This document shows, piece by piece, positions 1 through 13,097 of a DNA stretch of 64,000 nt. The notes under the pieces are model-generated. The model ran no database searches. It saw nothing but the letters and a program-made list of their open reading frames with translations, and was not told the DNA's origin. Source of the stretch: Negaprion brevirostris (taxonomy: Eukaryota). Within the stretch, counting starts at the first letter, position 1; every line of letters begins with the position of its first letter. The DNA lies in NCBI GenBank assembly GCA_030324005.1, contig JARDVH010000031.1:18137806-18201805 (forward strand), read 5' to 3'. The position numbers were made by a program, and so were the translations under genes.

Positions 1-111
1 CTTTTACTTCCCTTCGACTCTCAGTGCATTTCAGGAATTTAGTTGTATCGTATATAATCTATAATTCTATATCACCAACTGCACCCCCTACACTCTCCCA
101 AGAGGTAAAGT

Positions 112-302
112 TGCCAGAGTCCCAGGTGACCATAGGCCGTGACTAGTGGTGATTTAACCTGAGGATCACCACACCTCCAGGAGAAGGGCAAGGTTGAGAA
201 GGCAGGGCCTTCACGAATAGCCTCAGCCAGTTTGGGAATTGAACCCACATTGTTGGTGTTGCTCTGCATCACTAACCAGCCAACGGAGCTACACCGACCC
301 CC
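112..302 (-). mobile_element. tRNA-derived SINE fragment
   Basis: On the minus strand it reads ggggtcggtgtagctccgttggctgg...gtgggttcaattccc, an A/B-box-like tRNA head. Confidence 0.55.
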
Positions 303-584
303 AATATCTTCTAATCCACAGTCATACCTTCTAAAGTGGAGCTGTGACAACTGATGGTGCAATAAACAGCAAGGCTCTTTAACCTATCAAATTGAAGAAT
401 CCCATGAGACAAGACGAGCCTAAACCAAGAAGTACAAATTAAATTTGAATCAGGTGCAGAAAGCAAAACAAAAACTGGAAGAAAACTGTTCAGAGGTTGA
501 AGACAAACAAAAAGTTAAATTCCCTTTTAGCAGACTTGTTTTCTCTGGTGCTGAGGAACGAAACTGAGTTATCGTAGAATATAA

Positions 585-896
585 TCATAGAGTCCTTACA
601 GTGCAAGCGGCCATTTGGCCTATCGAGCCTGCACTGACTCTCAGAAGAGCATCCCACCCAAGCCCATCACCTGCCCCATCCTCGCAACCCAGCACATCCA
701 TCATTAGTAGTCTAACCTGCACACTAGGGGCAATTTATGACAGCCAGTCCACCTAACCTGCACATCTTTGGACTGTGGAAGGAAACCAATGTAGACGTGG
801 GGAGAATATGCAAACTCCATGCAGTCACCCAAGGTCAGAATTGAACCTGGGTCCTTGGTGCTAAGAGCAGTGCTAACTGTGCCATTATGCCACCCA
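585..896 (-). mobile_element. HE1/V-SINE-like tRNA SINE
   Basis: Same head, core and tail as the other copies in the window (e.g. 12325-12634, 62186-62516); B-box ggttcaattc on the minus strand. Confidence 0.85.
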
Positions 897-3800
897 TAAG
901 TGGTGCACAGTGCATAACACACACTCGGATCAAGGTAAATAGTATGGAATTAAGATCTTTCTGCACTATTCCACCAATATGCTTTAATTCCTGTCCTAGA
1001 TGAGTACTTACTTTGGCCTAGATATCCACGTCAAATCATGTGATAGTTCAATTTTTTTCCTCACCCATTTAGCTTAACATTGTTTTGCTCTGGAAATAAA
1101 AGCCAACGATGATGTGGATCAGACAATGGAGCATCTATGGTGAATGAGAGGACCACAGATGATGATCTTAATCAGGAAGATAAAATTTAGAAAGAAGCAG
1201 GAATGATGGAGGACATGGGATGAATTAAGAATAAAGTCTGGCGGAGGTAGAGAAATGCTGAGGACAAGAAGGATAGGAATAACCAAGAAAGAGAGAGAAG
1301 AATGAAAATTAAAGCATTTTGAATTGTAAAAGATCTCAGTTCTTTTTCTGGGCCAGAACATCTCTATCGGATTAATACTTATATTAAATATTAGCTCTAA
1401 CTCAGTGGTGAGTTTAATTGGCTATGAATGCATACATGCATTCTTAGACCTGGGAGCTTGAGACTGAGGTGCAGTCTGCATGATGCTAACTGCAGCATTG
1501 TAAAAATGGTCCAACAATTTCTGCAACGCACCAAATATCTCCTCCTCACCATTTTGCAGGGGTAATGGGCCAGTAATGGTGTGCATTTACATAGTTGTTA
1601 TTTAGCCATCCAAATGTGGGTCCATAATGTTTTCTTTTCCTTGTAAGTTATTCATTGGATGCTGCCGAAAAGGATACAGATTTATACTAAATTTTCAGCA
1701 AATCCTGTTATGAAACAGGAGACTGTGCTGTCGCCCACTACCTTAATCGGAACCATTTCATTTTATAAATTAACGTTTTTATTTTGCTGGTTAGGTATCT
1801 CCACAATAAGAAATTTTTAATTGTATAGACAAAACAGTTGTTATCCTCTTTTTACAACAGTCTGATTTTGTGTTGTATTCCTTTAGGCCTGCCAAACAAT
1901 GCAAAGGCACATGATAAAATAGTTTTAATGCAATTGCACTAGCAGACTATCAGACTTTAAGATTTATATTCTCAGAATTGCTTGAAATGCATATTTTGTC
2001 TCTTCAACCAGTTATTCTGCATCATTTGCATGTCCTGGATATTTTAAACTTTGATCTATACTTATAAGACTGGCTGTCTGAATAAATTGAGGCGTGATCA
2101 CTGGGAACTTGAGTTTTTGATCAATAGTATCTTGGTTTGCAGAGATTCTCTAACTTATTACAATGATCCAATAACTTATTACACAGTGATTCAGTGTTGT
2201 CTGCCATTTGCCCATATCTGTGCTTTGTAAAATTAATACACTGAAGAAATTGTATAAAAATATTTTAGTTGAAATTGAAAAACTGCTTTAAATGAAAACA
2301 AAAATATAAATAAGCAATTTGTAAAATAAAGGGCAAAACACATGCTCAGCAGTGCAGTTTGCATTTAATTATTTTGTTTAAAGAATGCATAATGGGCGAC
2401 CTATTCATGTTTAAAATGAGGACATAGCGAATGCAGTGAAGCATTTCCTGAATCTGACACAAAATTCAGAAATAAGCTGTGGACATATTTGGCTTGAAGG
2501 GAGACACTGGGTGGCTGGTTATGAGGTCACTGAGCATTTTGCCCGTTCTTGCTCATTCCCTTCATCCCCTTCCCCCTTTGCAGTTCTGCACATACGTCAG
2601 TAAATATCTTCGATGCACAAAGTTCCATGTTGCATTGTGTTCACTAGGGAATCCAGTGAAATGTACCTTGTTTTCTAAACTGGAAGATTAATTGCGGTCC
2701 CAATAAGCTATCTTAGCCTTTCGAAGAGTTCCTTTCGAGCTGTGGTGGTAGTGGCGCAGTATGGTAGCCTGCAGCTGTCTGGTCGGAGAAGCGGTCTTTT
2801 TGATCGTGCCATTGGAATGATGAGCCGTTTTAGCATAAGGTAGTCAGAAGACCAAAGAGGAGGATTTGGGAAAAGATTGTCACGTGGCTGGGACTCTGGC
2901 TCATATGATTCCATTTTGTCCAATCAGGGCATTCTGACCATTTTGGATAGGACAGACAAAGTCGCTATTTTGTCTCAATGTTATTTTTTCCCTTCAATCG
3001 TTGAGCACTGTCAGACCATCTGTTCAGATCAACATCACGCAAAAAAACGTGGGGCAAAAACAAAGCTGTTTTTTGGGGGTAAGATGATTTTGAAGGATTT
3101 TGCTTATGTCATTAACACGGATGAATAAAATGTCCCATTTTTGTAATNNNNNNNNNNNNNNNNNNNNNNNNNNNNNNNNNNNNNNNNNNNNNNNNNNNNN
3201 NNNNNNNNNNNNNNNNNNNNNNNNNNNNNNNNNNNNNNNNNNNNNNNTTTGTAATTGTGCAAATTGTCTGGATGGCCAGGTGCCATTCTCGTATTGAGCA
3301 GCATCGGTCAGCTTAATTTCTCAGTTGTTGATTTGATTTAAGAGCTTAACGAAATTATGTCACTGAAGATCCTTGGACTTGTTAAGAATTTAATGCATTT
3401 GTTTTACTTTGTTTAGTTTTCCAGTTGAAGGTGCTAACTTTATATGGTAATTTTACATAATAATTGGACATTATCGCTGAGGTTCAAATGCACACCAGTA
3501 ATTTGTCCACTCCCTCTTTATAGAAACCATATGGTCAGACAGAGCAATATGTGACACGATCTACTGAGTTTGTGTTTGTTAGTCAGGCTCATTAGTCCAG
3601 GAGATCACTCGCTGGCTTTATTCAAAATGTGGAATATATTTTGGTATTTTGTATATTGGTGAACTTTGAATAAGATTTATAGTAAACTCATTTGATTTAA
3701 ATATTTTAATTTTAACAAGGACTTGTATTTTGGGAGTAGGTGAGTTTGGGAGACTTTGTTGAATAGTATTTGGCAGACAATTATCTATTATAAATCTGGT

Positions 3801-4899
3801 CCTGATTTCAGTTGACGGTGGTCAGAAATTGGACTTTGGACTAAATGCTAAAAATGAATTTGAGGAAAGCAAGCAAATTGTAACCAATTCGGGCTGAAGC
3901 TGAGTTGTCTAACAAATTTTTCTTAGCTTATTATTCGATTTTGGAATGCATGGAAGATTTGCCTCCACACTACAATAAATTGGAACAGATTTCAGATCAC
4001 GGTCGATAAAATGTCGTTCTGCTAAATGTTTGCTTTATGGAATGATCAGATGCCATGTTTGTTGTAATCTGATTGTGTGCTTATAGATTAACTGAAGCAC
4101 TGGAAAGCTTTGGGTTGGATGTGTAATTAAATATTTACCCGTTTGTTGGATTGGATTGTATTACTTTTTTGCCGCTCAGCCATGCACTTTTTTTTGAGGA
4201 AATCAAGGAAAAGAATAAACAAACATTAGGGAATGGCACAGATACAGAAAAAAATAACATTTTAGATTCTCACCTTAATATGTTTTCTACTTTCTCTTTA
4301 ACAAAACACACACCTAATTTAGGGTTTTTTTAATATATGCATCAAATCAAACATTACCATCAGAAACTGAGAATTAATCTTCATCTCAATCTCAGTTAAC
4401 TAATTCTTGATTTGTATAATCTGTGCTGTTTTGTAAACTGAGTATTAACGTGTTGCCACCAAAGGTTTTAAGATGTCTGGGAAAATCACTGAATGTATTT
4501 CTCTTTTTAAATTTAATGGAAGACACATGAGGGTGTTGGTGCCTGCATTTATGTGCATAAACATTCATTGTTATTAGCAGTTATTTTTGCAAACAGATTG
4601 TATATGTACTGAGTATGTAATGCTGAATATTCAGCCATAACTGCCAGTTGGAATTTTGTGCCCTTATTTCTAATTCCTTACTTTTGTGAAACATCCCTGT
4701 AAGTAAAGTTCAATTGCCATTTCTCAAAAATGACCATCATAATCTCCAATGCTCAACTTGGTTTCTCCTTCTATAGAACAAATCATCTTGGGCATCGTGG
4801 TCACAAGTCATAAGAAAAAGTAATTGGATTCACTCTACTAATTTGTGCAATAGTACTTGGTACACAAGTTGTCGACTCAATAGTCTTGTCTCTGAGATA

Positions 4900-5210
4900 G
4901 TAGGAAATTTGAGACTCGCTCTCAAGGCTTGAGCACAAAATCTCAGCTGACACCTTCAGTGAGGGCTGCACTCTGAGAAGATCCCACAACACACAGCGAG
5001 GATTTCTTCAGGCCTCATGCAAAATATTTATTCCTCCATCAACATCTTGAAACAGATTTATAAAACTGTTCTTTATGGGAACATGCTTTGTGCTAATAGA
5101 CTGCTATGTTTCCTGCATTATAACAAATTTAAAAAGTATTTCATTGGCTGTAAATCACTTCTGTCCTTGAGTTGTGGAAGGTGATAAATATAAAGGCAAG
5201 TTTGTTCTTT
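4900..5210 (+). mobile_element. Ancient Deu-domain SINE remnant (AmnSINE/SacSINE-like)
   Basis: Motifs cttgagcacaaaatctcagctgacac, aatatttattcctc, aaaaagtatttcattggctgtaaa and tataaaggcaagtttgttcttt recalled from DeuSINE consensus sequences. Confidence 0.55.
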
Positions 5211-8200
5211 GCACAATTTGCAGGACCTGTCATCTGAGTAATAACACAAAGTTAGAAATATAGTTTATATTTTTACTACAAAATGTAATCATTTCAAGTT
5301 ATTCATATGTGTGCATTTCCTAATAACTTTACTGAAAGTGCATTTTTTTCTCTGCAATGGCTACCTTCATTCCTGTTAAATTGATCTAGTCTTAAGTATC
5401 TGTTCCAGCAGAGAAATATTGTTTAGAAGTGTTAAAAGTTGTTTTAACACCTGCTACGGATATGGTTCTTCAGCAATAGGCAGGAGTATTTGTTGCTATG
5501 TACACTTCCAATCTTAAATCCAGCAATATGTTGGTTAATTACAAAAATTGTCATGATGTAAAACTGACACGCGGCATTAATGTCATACTGCCATCCTGTA
5601 AAATGTAATGTTTGCCTCTTGAGTATGAGCACAAATGTAAATTGGCACCACTCAGCAGAATTTGATAACTGCTGCCTTTAAACAAAATGGTGGTATACAC
5701 ATGGACAGTAAGCTGCCCGACTGTGCACATAGTGTAATTTTCTGCTGCTTCCAGAAGAATTCCTCGCCCTCCACAAAATATGGTGGATCGCATCTGCGAC
5801 TGAGACTTGCTGCTGATGTGATCACATTTATCCTAAGAACATAAATTGTTTTTCTTGTTTTGTAGTTACCTTTTGAAATGACATTGTTTGATATTTTGTT
5901 TAATTAAAAATAGTCTTGCCATACACTCTCCTTCCTCTGCTGCAATTGCTAACACTTCAGCCATCAATGGGGTTGTTAGCTCGCTGTATGAACATCGTAG
6001 CTGATCTTTTCTTCATCCAGTGTCCATATATGGCGCACTTGACGCTTAACGGAATCGAAGCCATTTTTCTCTTCAGTTGTGACACTAAAGTAACTTGTAC
6101 CATCCCACCATTCTGTAATGTGCTCAGGTGGGGATCAAACATTAACTTTTGTTCTTGAGGTACAGATGCTAATCTCATCAATAAACCCAGTTTGCCTCAA
6201 TTAAGCACTAGATCCAAGACTTTAAAAACAATTGAATGCATCTAGTATGCCAGTAATATCACAAAATTCCATTCTTATAAAACAGATATTGTGGGTATGA
6301 ATACAAACAGTCCCAGTTCTGGATATTCAGTGAGCAAAATCCTGATGAGGTTTTCGTAAGAAAGTTGCATGAACCGTTAACTGAATGGCAGCGCCCTATA
6401 TAAATTTCTGTTATATCAGGCTCTTCACTAATTCAGTTATTTCAGAAATAGTGTCATTCTCATAAACATTGTTGTGCCAAATATATGGCTACTATGATGC
6501 TATAAATGTCCAGAAAAGCATATAAAAAGATTAGTTATCAATGTTTCAGCTCCTTACTGTAACATGGGTTAAGGAGATGTTAAATGGGACTAACAAAACT
6601 GCCCAGTTACTCATTGGTTTAACTTCATGACACAGGAGATTGTGAAATTTGAACTTCTGGCATTTGGACTTTAAAGCTGTAATAAGATCACCATCTAAAA
6701 ACAGAACTAATGCAAACTATTTCCATATATATCTGTCATACACTGTCCATTGACAGCAGTTGCTTGATGAACAGATTTCGTTCTCACCTTAAATGACTTA
6801 TTACAGAAGGCCTGTAACTTTCATATTCCCAAAACTATCCATTTGAAGTGAATTGAATCAGGACTTATCACCCATAAGAGTGCCTTTGCACTCTTCTTTG
6901 CATAGTGTAAATTTTGTGGTACAGTGGTAGTGATGACTGCATATTGGTTAGAATCAGGTGTACTTGGGTAGCCTACTTTGAACATTTACTATTGGGGATG
7001 TCATTTTTCAACTTAATTGTTGACCATGCTGCCTTAACTAGAACGTGAGAGATTAAAATGGAATATGTCCTACATTGGTATTGTCATACCACTTCCTTAC
7101 TGACAAATGATCTAAGTTGGAAAAAAATTGTGTGTATTCAGTTTGTCAGCGATTCACTATGCTGTTAGTTATGTTTTTGGATTAATACTGTATCTTGAAT
7201 GTTGGTCCAGGGTTCTAATGACACCTTTTTGAGTTATATTTCATTTCAAAAAATTGGATTTTTCATAGTTTGACTCTTTTGCCTCCTCCATTAAAACATA
7301 TTAACTTGGAATGGAGGAAATGTCCGTCAATCTGAAGATACCAATGTGTTTATGAAAATGAATTAAAAAGCACTGTAGTGTTTCTAACTGTTGTAATACA
7401 CACGTCCACTAATTTCTTTAACCAGAAGTATCATTTTATTAAAACTAAGTTTGAAATTACAAATTAAAATTGAATGGAGAACATGTTTNNNNNNNNNNNN
7501 NNNNNNNNNNNNNNNNNNNNNNNNNNNNNNNNNNNNNNNNNNNNNNNNNNNNNNNNTGAAAACTATGCAGCACTTAAAGGGTTACGTTTAGTTCCACTTG
7601 AGTGACTGTTAGCCTGAAAATCTGAAGTCCTGTTCTTTCTGGATAATAAACAATGCTAATTTAAATTACAGGTGCAAATTTGGGGTGGGGGTGGGGTGGG
7701 TGAGGAAAGCAAACATATCCCTTGATTTGCTGTAACAAGAACATTGTGATTGAGTGGAAAGAGGAAGTTGAGACCAGAGGTGCTGGCAGCTTTGTCCAGC
7801 TCGCCCTCCAAGATGCTGAAGACGACTGATTAGAAGTGACAGCTCTGGAGCCAGCTGTCATTGCCATACAGAGCACACTCCAAAAATGCGTATATTCAGG
7901 CTAAGGGTTTGCATAATTTCCTCGGGTTTATCCTAAATGTGCCACACTGACAGAAAAATCAGAGCGGTAAATCAAGAAAACCCTTCTATTAAGATTTGTT
8001 GAATGCTTTATCAAAGCTTGATGCTTTGGAGGGATTTTTCTAATCCATTCCCCTTCAATCACACCTGTAACAATCGTAACCTTAGCATTTTGCTGCTTAA
8101 TAAAAGGATTTACTGCAATTTTCCGTACTATAAATCTAGGGTTTAAAGAATAGTTTTTACATTAAGGGTACACTTCAAAGTAACAATAAAGATATGAGCA

Positions 8201-8431
8201 TTTTGGTGGTGATTAGTCGGAATATAGTGAACATTTCTTTAAGCTGGTTTTTATTTTGTGTTTTCCATATGTTGTTTTTACATTTATATAATTCTCTACC
8301 AGTATTAGATTTCTAGACTGTGGAGGTGTCGGGGGTATGGGGAATGTTATTGAGGATCAGCCATGATCATGTTGAATAGCAAAGCTGGCTGAAAGGGCTA
8401 AATAGCCAACTCATTTTCTATGTTTCTATCC

Positions 8432-8570
8432 TACTCTGATCTTTCTGTCCTTAGCCTCCTGTATTGGTCCATTGTAGGTAAGTGGATGTTTGAGCAACAG
8501 CACCTCCTCACTGCATGAGATGCATTACAACCTTCTGACATCAAGTTGATTGTAACCACTGCTTCCATTT
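8432..8570 (+). mobile_element. Penelope-like element ORF C-terminal remnant
   Basis: Translates LSVLSLLYWS...FEQQHLL...LQPSDI, resembling the end of the PLE GIY-YIG region; a related piece lies on the minus strand near 60950-61040. Confidence 0.5.
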
Positions 8571-9172
8571 TCTAATTTGTTCATTTTTTTGACAATGATT
8601 CTGCTATATCAGTTATGGTTCCTCTAGATCCACATTTTGTCCATTACCATCCCTGCCCTTCCTTCTCATACCACTTATCANNNNNNNNNNTCTGAGGTTT
8701 GCTTGTAGTTGGTTACTTTCCATGGGATTTAATGGATCATGTTGAAATCTGCTTTGGGGTAAATTGCATTCTGGGTTCTTGCTCGACACGTAATGCAACA
8801 AATGTTGGCTGCTTTAAGATGGCCACAGTTGCTTTCTAATTTTCATACCTCTTTGCCCTCATTTTGTCCAGCATTGATCCTGGTGAATGTTATTTTTCAG
8901 TGCCAACCAATAAATAACAATCCCTTTTATCCCAAATCTCTGCCGCTTACCTTCCAATCCATATCCTGCCCCTACCACGAGAGAGCTTCAAATTCCATGA
9001 ACTTCAGTTATAACTATCAAACTTTGTGTGGAATCCTAGTACAGGCGTCTGAAATTCCATAGATATTTGATTGTAAATTCTGTCAAAGGTTAATTAGAAA
9101 CAAGCTGCTTTTCACAGAACCTTTTGACTTTTGCTTTTCCGAGTAATCACTTCCTCTTTCATTTCCTACTAA

Positions 9173-9391
9173 TGATGTGGAGATGCCAGCATTGGACTGG
9201 GGTAAGCAGCAGTAAGAAGTCTCACAATACCAGGTTAAAGTCCAACAGTCCTGTTGGACTTTAACCTGGNNNNNNNNNNNNNNNNNNNNNNNNNNNNNNN
9301 NNNNNNNNNNNNNNNNNNNNNNNNNNNNNNNNNNNNNNNNNNNNNNNNNNNNNNNNNNNNNNNNNNNNNGTTGAGAGACTTCTTAATGTGC
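9173..9391 (+). mobile_element. Short palindromic non-autonomous element (Penelope-like-derived), contains a gap
   Basis: Starts tgatgtggagatgcc...; internal inverted repeat; flanked by 13-bp direct repeat catttcctactaa (9160-9172, 9392-9404). Confidence 0.8.
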
Positions 9392-9684
9392 CATTTCCTA
9401 CTAAGATTTGTTCAATTTTATCAATACTGATTTGGTACTTTTTTTGAATATTGTGATCATCCTTGCAGCCTTCTAACTAGATACTGTTTGTGAATCCAAC
9501 CAATGTTGCAAGATTACAGTGTAAGCATTCCAAATTTCTTCACCCATTTCTGTTAATACCTTTCAATAGGAAGTACCTAACATTTGATTTATTTAAATTT
9601 AATCCTATTTGCTTTTCTGCTCATATCTTGCCTCCTCTTTCCAATCTCCAGCCTTTCCTCTATCAGTGTTCTTCGTGCGGAAAA

Positions 9685-9830
9685 TGTAGTCCCTACAGTG
9701 CAGAAGGTGGCCATTTGGCCCATCGAGTCTGCATCGACTCTCTGACAGAGTACCTTACCCAGGCCCCCTCCCCCACACTATCCCTGTAACCGTATACATT
9801 TACCGTGGCTAATCCACCTAACCTACATAT
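9685..9830 (-). mobile_element. HE1-like SINE 3' fragment
   Basis: ccctacagtgcagaaggtggccatttggcccatcgagtctgca matches the SINE tails at 585 and 58560. Confidence 0.75.
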
Positions 9831-10479
9831 ACCAAAGCAAAATAGTAATTTAGCAATTTTGCCATGCCTTTGTTTGTGTTCTTCNNNNNNNNNNAGACAC
9901 TGATCAGAAATAAATTGTACATCAGCTGAGTCCAGCTGTTCATAAGAGTTTGAAACAAAACTCAGCTTGTACCTCTACAGAATAGAACACTTGAGGACAA
10001 GTTCAAGGGCAAACTTTTACCACATGCTGATCGCAATGGTTTATATACCTGGGTTCAGCAGTATCAGCCATTGGTGTGTATCGAGTGCTATTTTGAAAAC
10101 TTTCATCATTCAAGAAACCAATGACTCATTCATTTACAGTTTCTGTTTCTCGGTTGACACCAAGCTGATGTCAGTATTGCCCCCCAAAGAAGGAACATTT
10201 CCTGCAGTGTTGATTAATGCCAAAGCATTTTGCTGCACTGGTACAGAAAAATGTGCATACTTCTTGAAGCACTGGTAGTTCCATGGTCATGCATTGATTC
10301 TTCCTCAGTGCTTTACTCACTCCAGGGTAGCTTGCTTAATGTTCACCCTTTTGGAGGGATCAAGTTATTTCCCTGTTTTCTTTGCTTGGTCAGTGTACTT
10401 GAGGTCTTTGCCCTGTTCAATATGTTTTTAACTCTTTAGGGGACCAAGTGTGTCCTATCCTTTTAAGAGTTTATAACCT

Positions 10480-11476
10480 GCATCACGGACAAAACAGCAG
10501 CCGTGGAGGTGAGTTGAGTGACTGCTGTTGGCATCAAGGCAGCATTTGACTATGCATGGCATCAAGGACCTCTAATAAAATTAAAATCAGTGAGAGTCTG
10601 TGGTGAAATTCTGCACTGGTTGTTGGTGACACAACCATTTCAACCACAGCATGTCATTACAAGAGTTTCTAAGGACAGTACCTTTGACCTAACCATCTTT
10701 AGTTGCGTTATTAATGATCTTTGCTCCATCGTAAAGTCAGAGGTCATGAAGTTAGCTAGCAATTTCCTCAACTAATGAAGCAATCCATAACTACATGCAG
10801 CAAGGCATGGGCAACATTCAGACTTGCACTGATAAGTGGCAAGTAACAACCACATAATACAAAACCACAGAAAGGCCATCTCCAACAAGAGAATCTCGCT
10901 ATCTCCTTCTTGATATTAAACTGCATTGCTATCGCTGAATTCCCAAGTACCACCATCTCAGGGGTTACCATTGACCAGAAGCACAATTAAACCAGCCACA
11001 TAATAGCTGTGGCTACAAGAGCAGATTGGAAGGTAGCAATTCTGTTGAACAATTCACCTCCTAACTCCTTGAAGCCTTTCCATCATGTACAAGGCACAAG
11101 CTACTTTCCTGGGTGAGTACAGGTTAAACATTCACTCCTTCCCAGTGCACTCTGGCAACGATGTGTATCATACACAGGATGGATGCTGCTACTTGAAATC
11201 TGCAAACTTACTACATAGAAAAACAAGTGTAATTTGCACGTGGGAACACCGCCACCTACAAATTTTCTTCCAAATCCCTCCATCTTTCTTGTATTTATTA
11301 CCATTCCATCACTGTCACTCGAACAGAGTGCTGGAACTCTCCCAATCCATTATGGATTTATCTTCACCGGATGAACTGCAGAAGTTGAAGACTGCTCATC
11401 ACTTTTTCGAAGTTGGAGATGGATGATAAATGCTGACCCTGCAAGTATTGGCCACCTTCGATGAATGAAATAAAAA
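10480..11476 (+). mobile_element. Degenerate CR1-clade LINE 3' part
   Basis: RT-like translation TAVGIKAAFDYAWHQG.LIKLKS...G.ILHWL; similar to 19745-20940 and 36990-37260; ends in an atgaatgaaataaaaa tail. Confidence 0.8.
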
Positions 11477-12019
11477 CCTATCCGTTTTATTTTACTCAAG
11501 TTGACATTGGACAGTATTGCATTAAATCTGTCCTCTGGAATAAGCAGCTAGAGATTTGGGCAAAAAGGTTGGAATATCATAGAATTGACGGGAGTGCATG
11601 GACCCAGAAAGCTTGATCTGAAATTCTGTTTCCATCACCTTCCAACTAAACTTCTCTACCATTTGAACCCTATTCCCACTGAATGTATAAACACAGATTG
11701 TTGACAGATGGACCTTGAAGCCAGGATCAGCCCAGAAGACAAACTTTCTCCAACTTTCATTCTGCAGTCAGCTCACGTTTGGGCTAAACCAAGAACCTCC
11801 CAAGATTCCTTCAGAAAGAATCATTTCCATGGTAGACTTTTTCCAGACAACGCTCAATGCAAAGTGTGCATGACTTGTCATCCACGGGACTTGCTGTCTA
11901 ACTTGAATGCATTTCAGATGCCCCAGCAAAAGTGCCAATATAACTTTTATTATGAACGTCTTAAGTGAAATTAGAATGCGGATGACTGAAGATTTATACC
12001 AGCAGAAGAGCAGTCAATT

Positions 12020-12193
12020 TTAAAGTTTATTTATTGTCACAGGTAGGCTTACATTCTAGTAATGTAGTTATTGTGAAAGCCTCCTAGTCGCCACACTCTG
12101 GCGCCTGTTTGGGTGCACTGAGGGAGAATTTAATGTGGCCAATCCACCTAACCAGCACATCCTTGGACTGTGGGAGGAAACAGGAGCACCCAG
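12020..12193 (-). mobile_element. SINE, alternative-tail subfamily, truncated by a gap
   Basis: Tail tttatttattgtcacaggtaggcttacatt...cctagtcgccacact shared with 30546, 32415 and 61890-62182. Confidence 0.8.
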
Positions 12194-12324
12194 NNNNNNN
12201 NNNNNNNNNNNNNNNNNNNNNNNNNNNNNNNNNNNNNNNNNNNNNNNNNNNNNNNNNNNNNNNNNNNNNNNNNNNNNNNNNNNNNNNNNNNNNTTGGCTA
12301 GAGAGTCTCGATCTAGTGGTCGCG

Positions 12325-12634
12325 TAGAATCCTACAGTACAGAGAGAGGCCATTCGGCCCATCTGTACCGACCACAATCCCACCCAGGCCATATTCCCAT
12401 AATCTTCATTTACCCTGCTAATCCCCTTGATACTATGGTCAATTTAGCATGGCCAACCAACCTAACCTGCACATCCTTGGGCTGTGGGAGGAAACCTAAG
12501 CACCCAGAGGAAACCCATGCTGACTTGGGCAGAACGCACAAACTCCACACAGACAGTGACCTGAGGCCAGAATTGAACCTGGATCCCTGGTGCTGTGAGG
12601 CAGCAGTGCTAACCACTATGCCACCATGCCACCC
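12325..12634 (-). mobile_element. HE1/V-SINE-like tRNA SINE, near full length
   Basis: Minus-strand head gggtggcatggtggcatagtggttagcactgctgcctcacagc, B-box, V-core and LINE-like tail. Confidence 0.9.
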
Positions 12635-13097
12635 CTGGTGGAGGTAACCTATTGACATATACTAGCTATCATTTTCTTTTTGCAATGAAACCAGGGGCTT
12701 GTTTGAAAGCCTTTGTTATCACAAACCATGGTCCAAACCATGAACACTTGTAAGGAGAACTTCCAGTAACTAAATATGGCTGGTGTTGCCAAAATTTCTG
12801 TCCCTCCAACTTTGTCTTTGAAAGGCTAACCCTGGTGATTATAGGGACTGATGAAAAGCCCAGGAAGGTCACAAATTGGAAGAATGAAGAAATGGTGCTC
12901 GCTGATTTTTTTTTTCATTCTTGTCAGCTAACTATTTTTGGAGAGGCCTCCCTGTGATCTGGAAGGAAATATCAAGTCATTCAACTTTTCCCTGTCCCTC
13001 CATCAAAGGAGACAGAACATTCTGAAGATACAGAAATAGACTGATCACAGATGCACTGCTAGTGCCAAGAGCGAAGACCGGTGGTGACTACTCTCGT

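Noticed and set aside
2810-2942. Possible C/D box snoRNA (ATGATGA at about 2817, CTGA at about 2934)
   Set aside because: Terminal stem only about 3 bp, no clear D'/C' pair, and no rRNA complementarity that I can recognise.
3139-3256. Direct repeat tttgtaat on both sides of a 100-N gap
   Set aside because: Probably contig overlap at an assembly gap, not a TSD.
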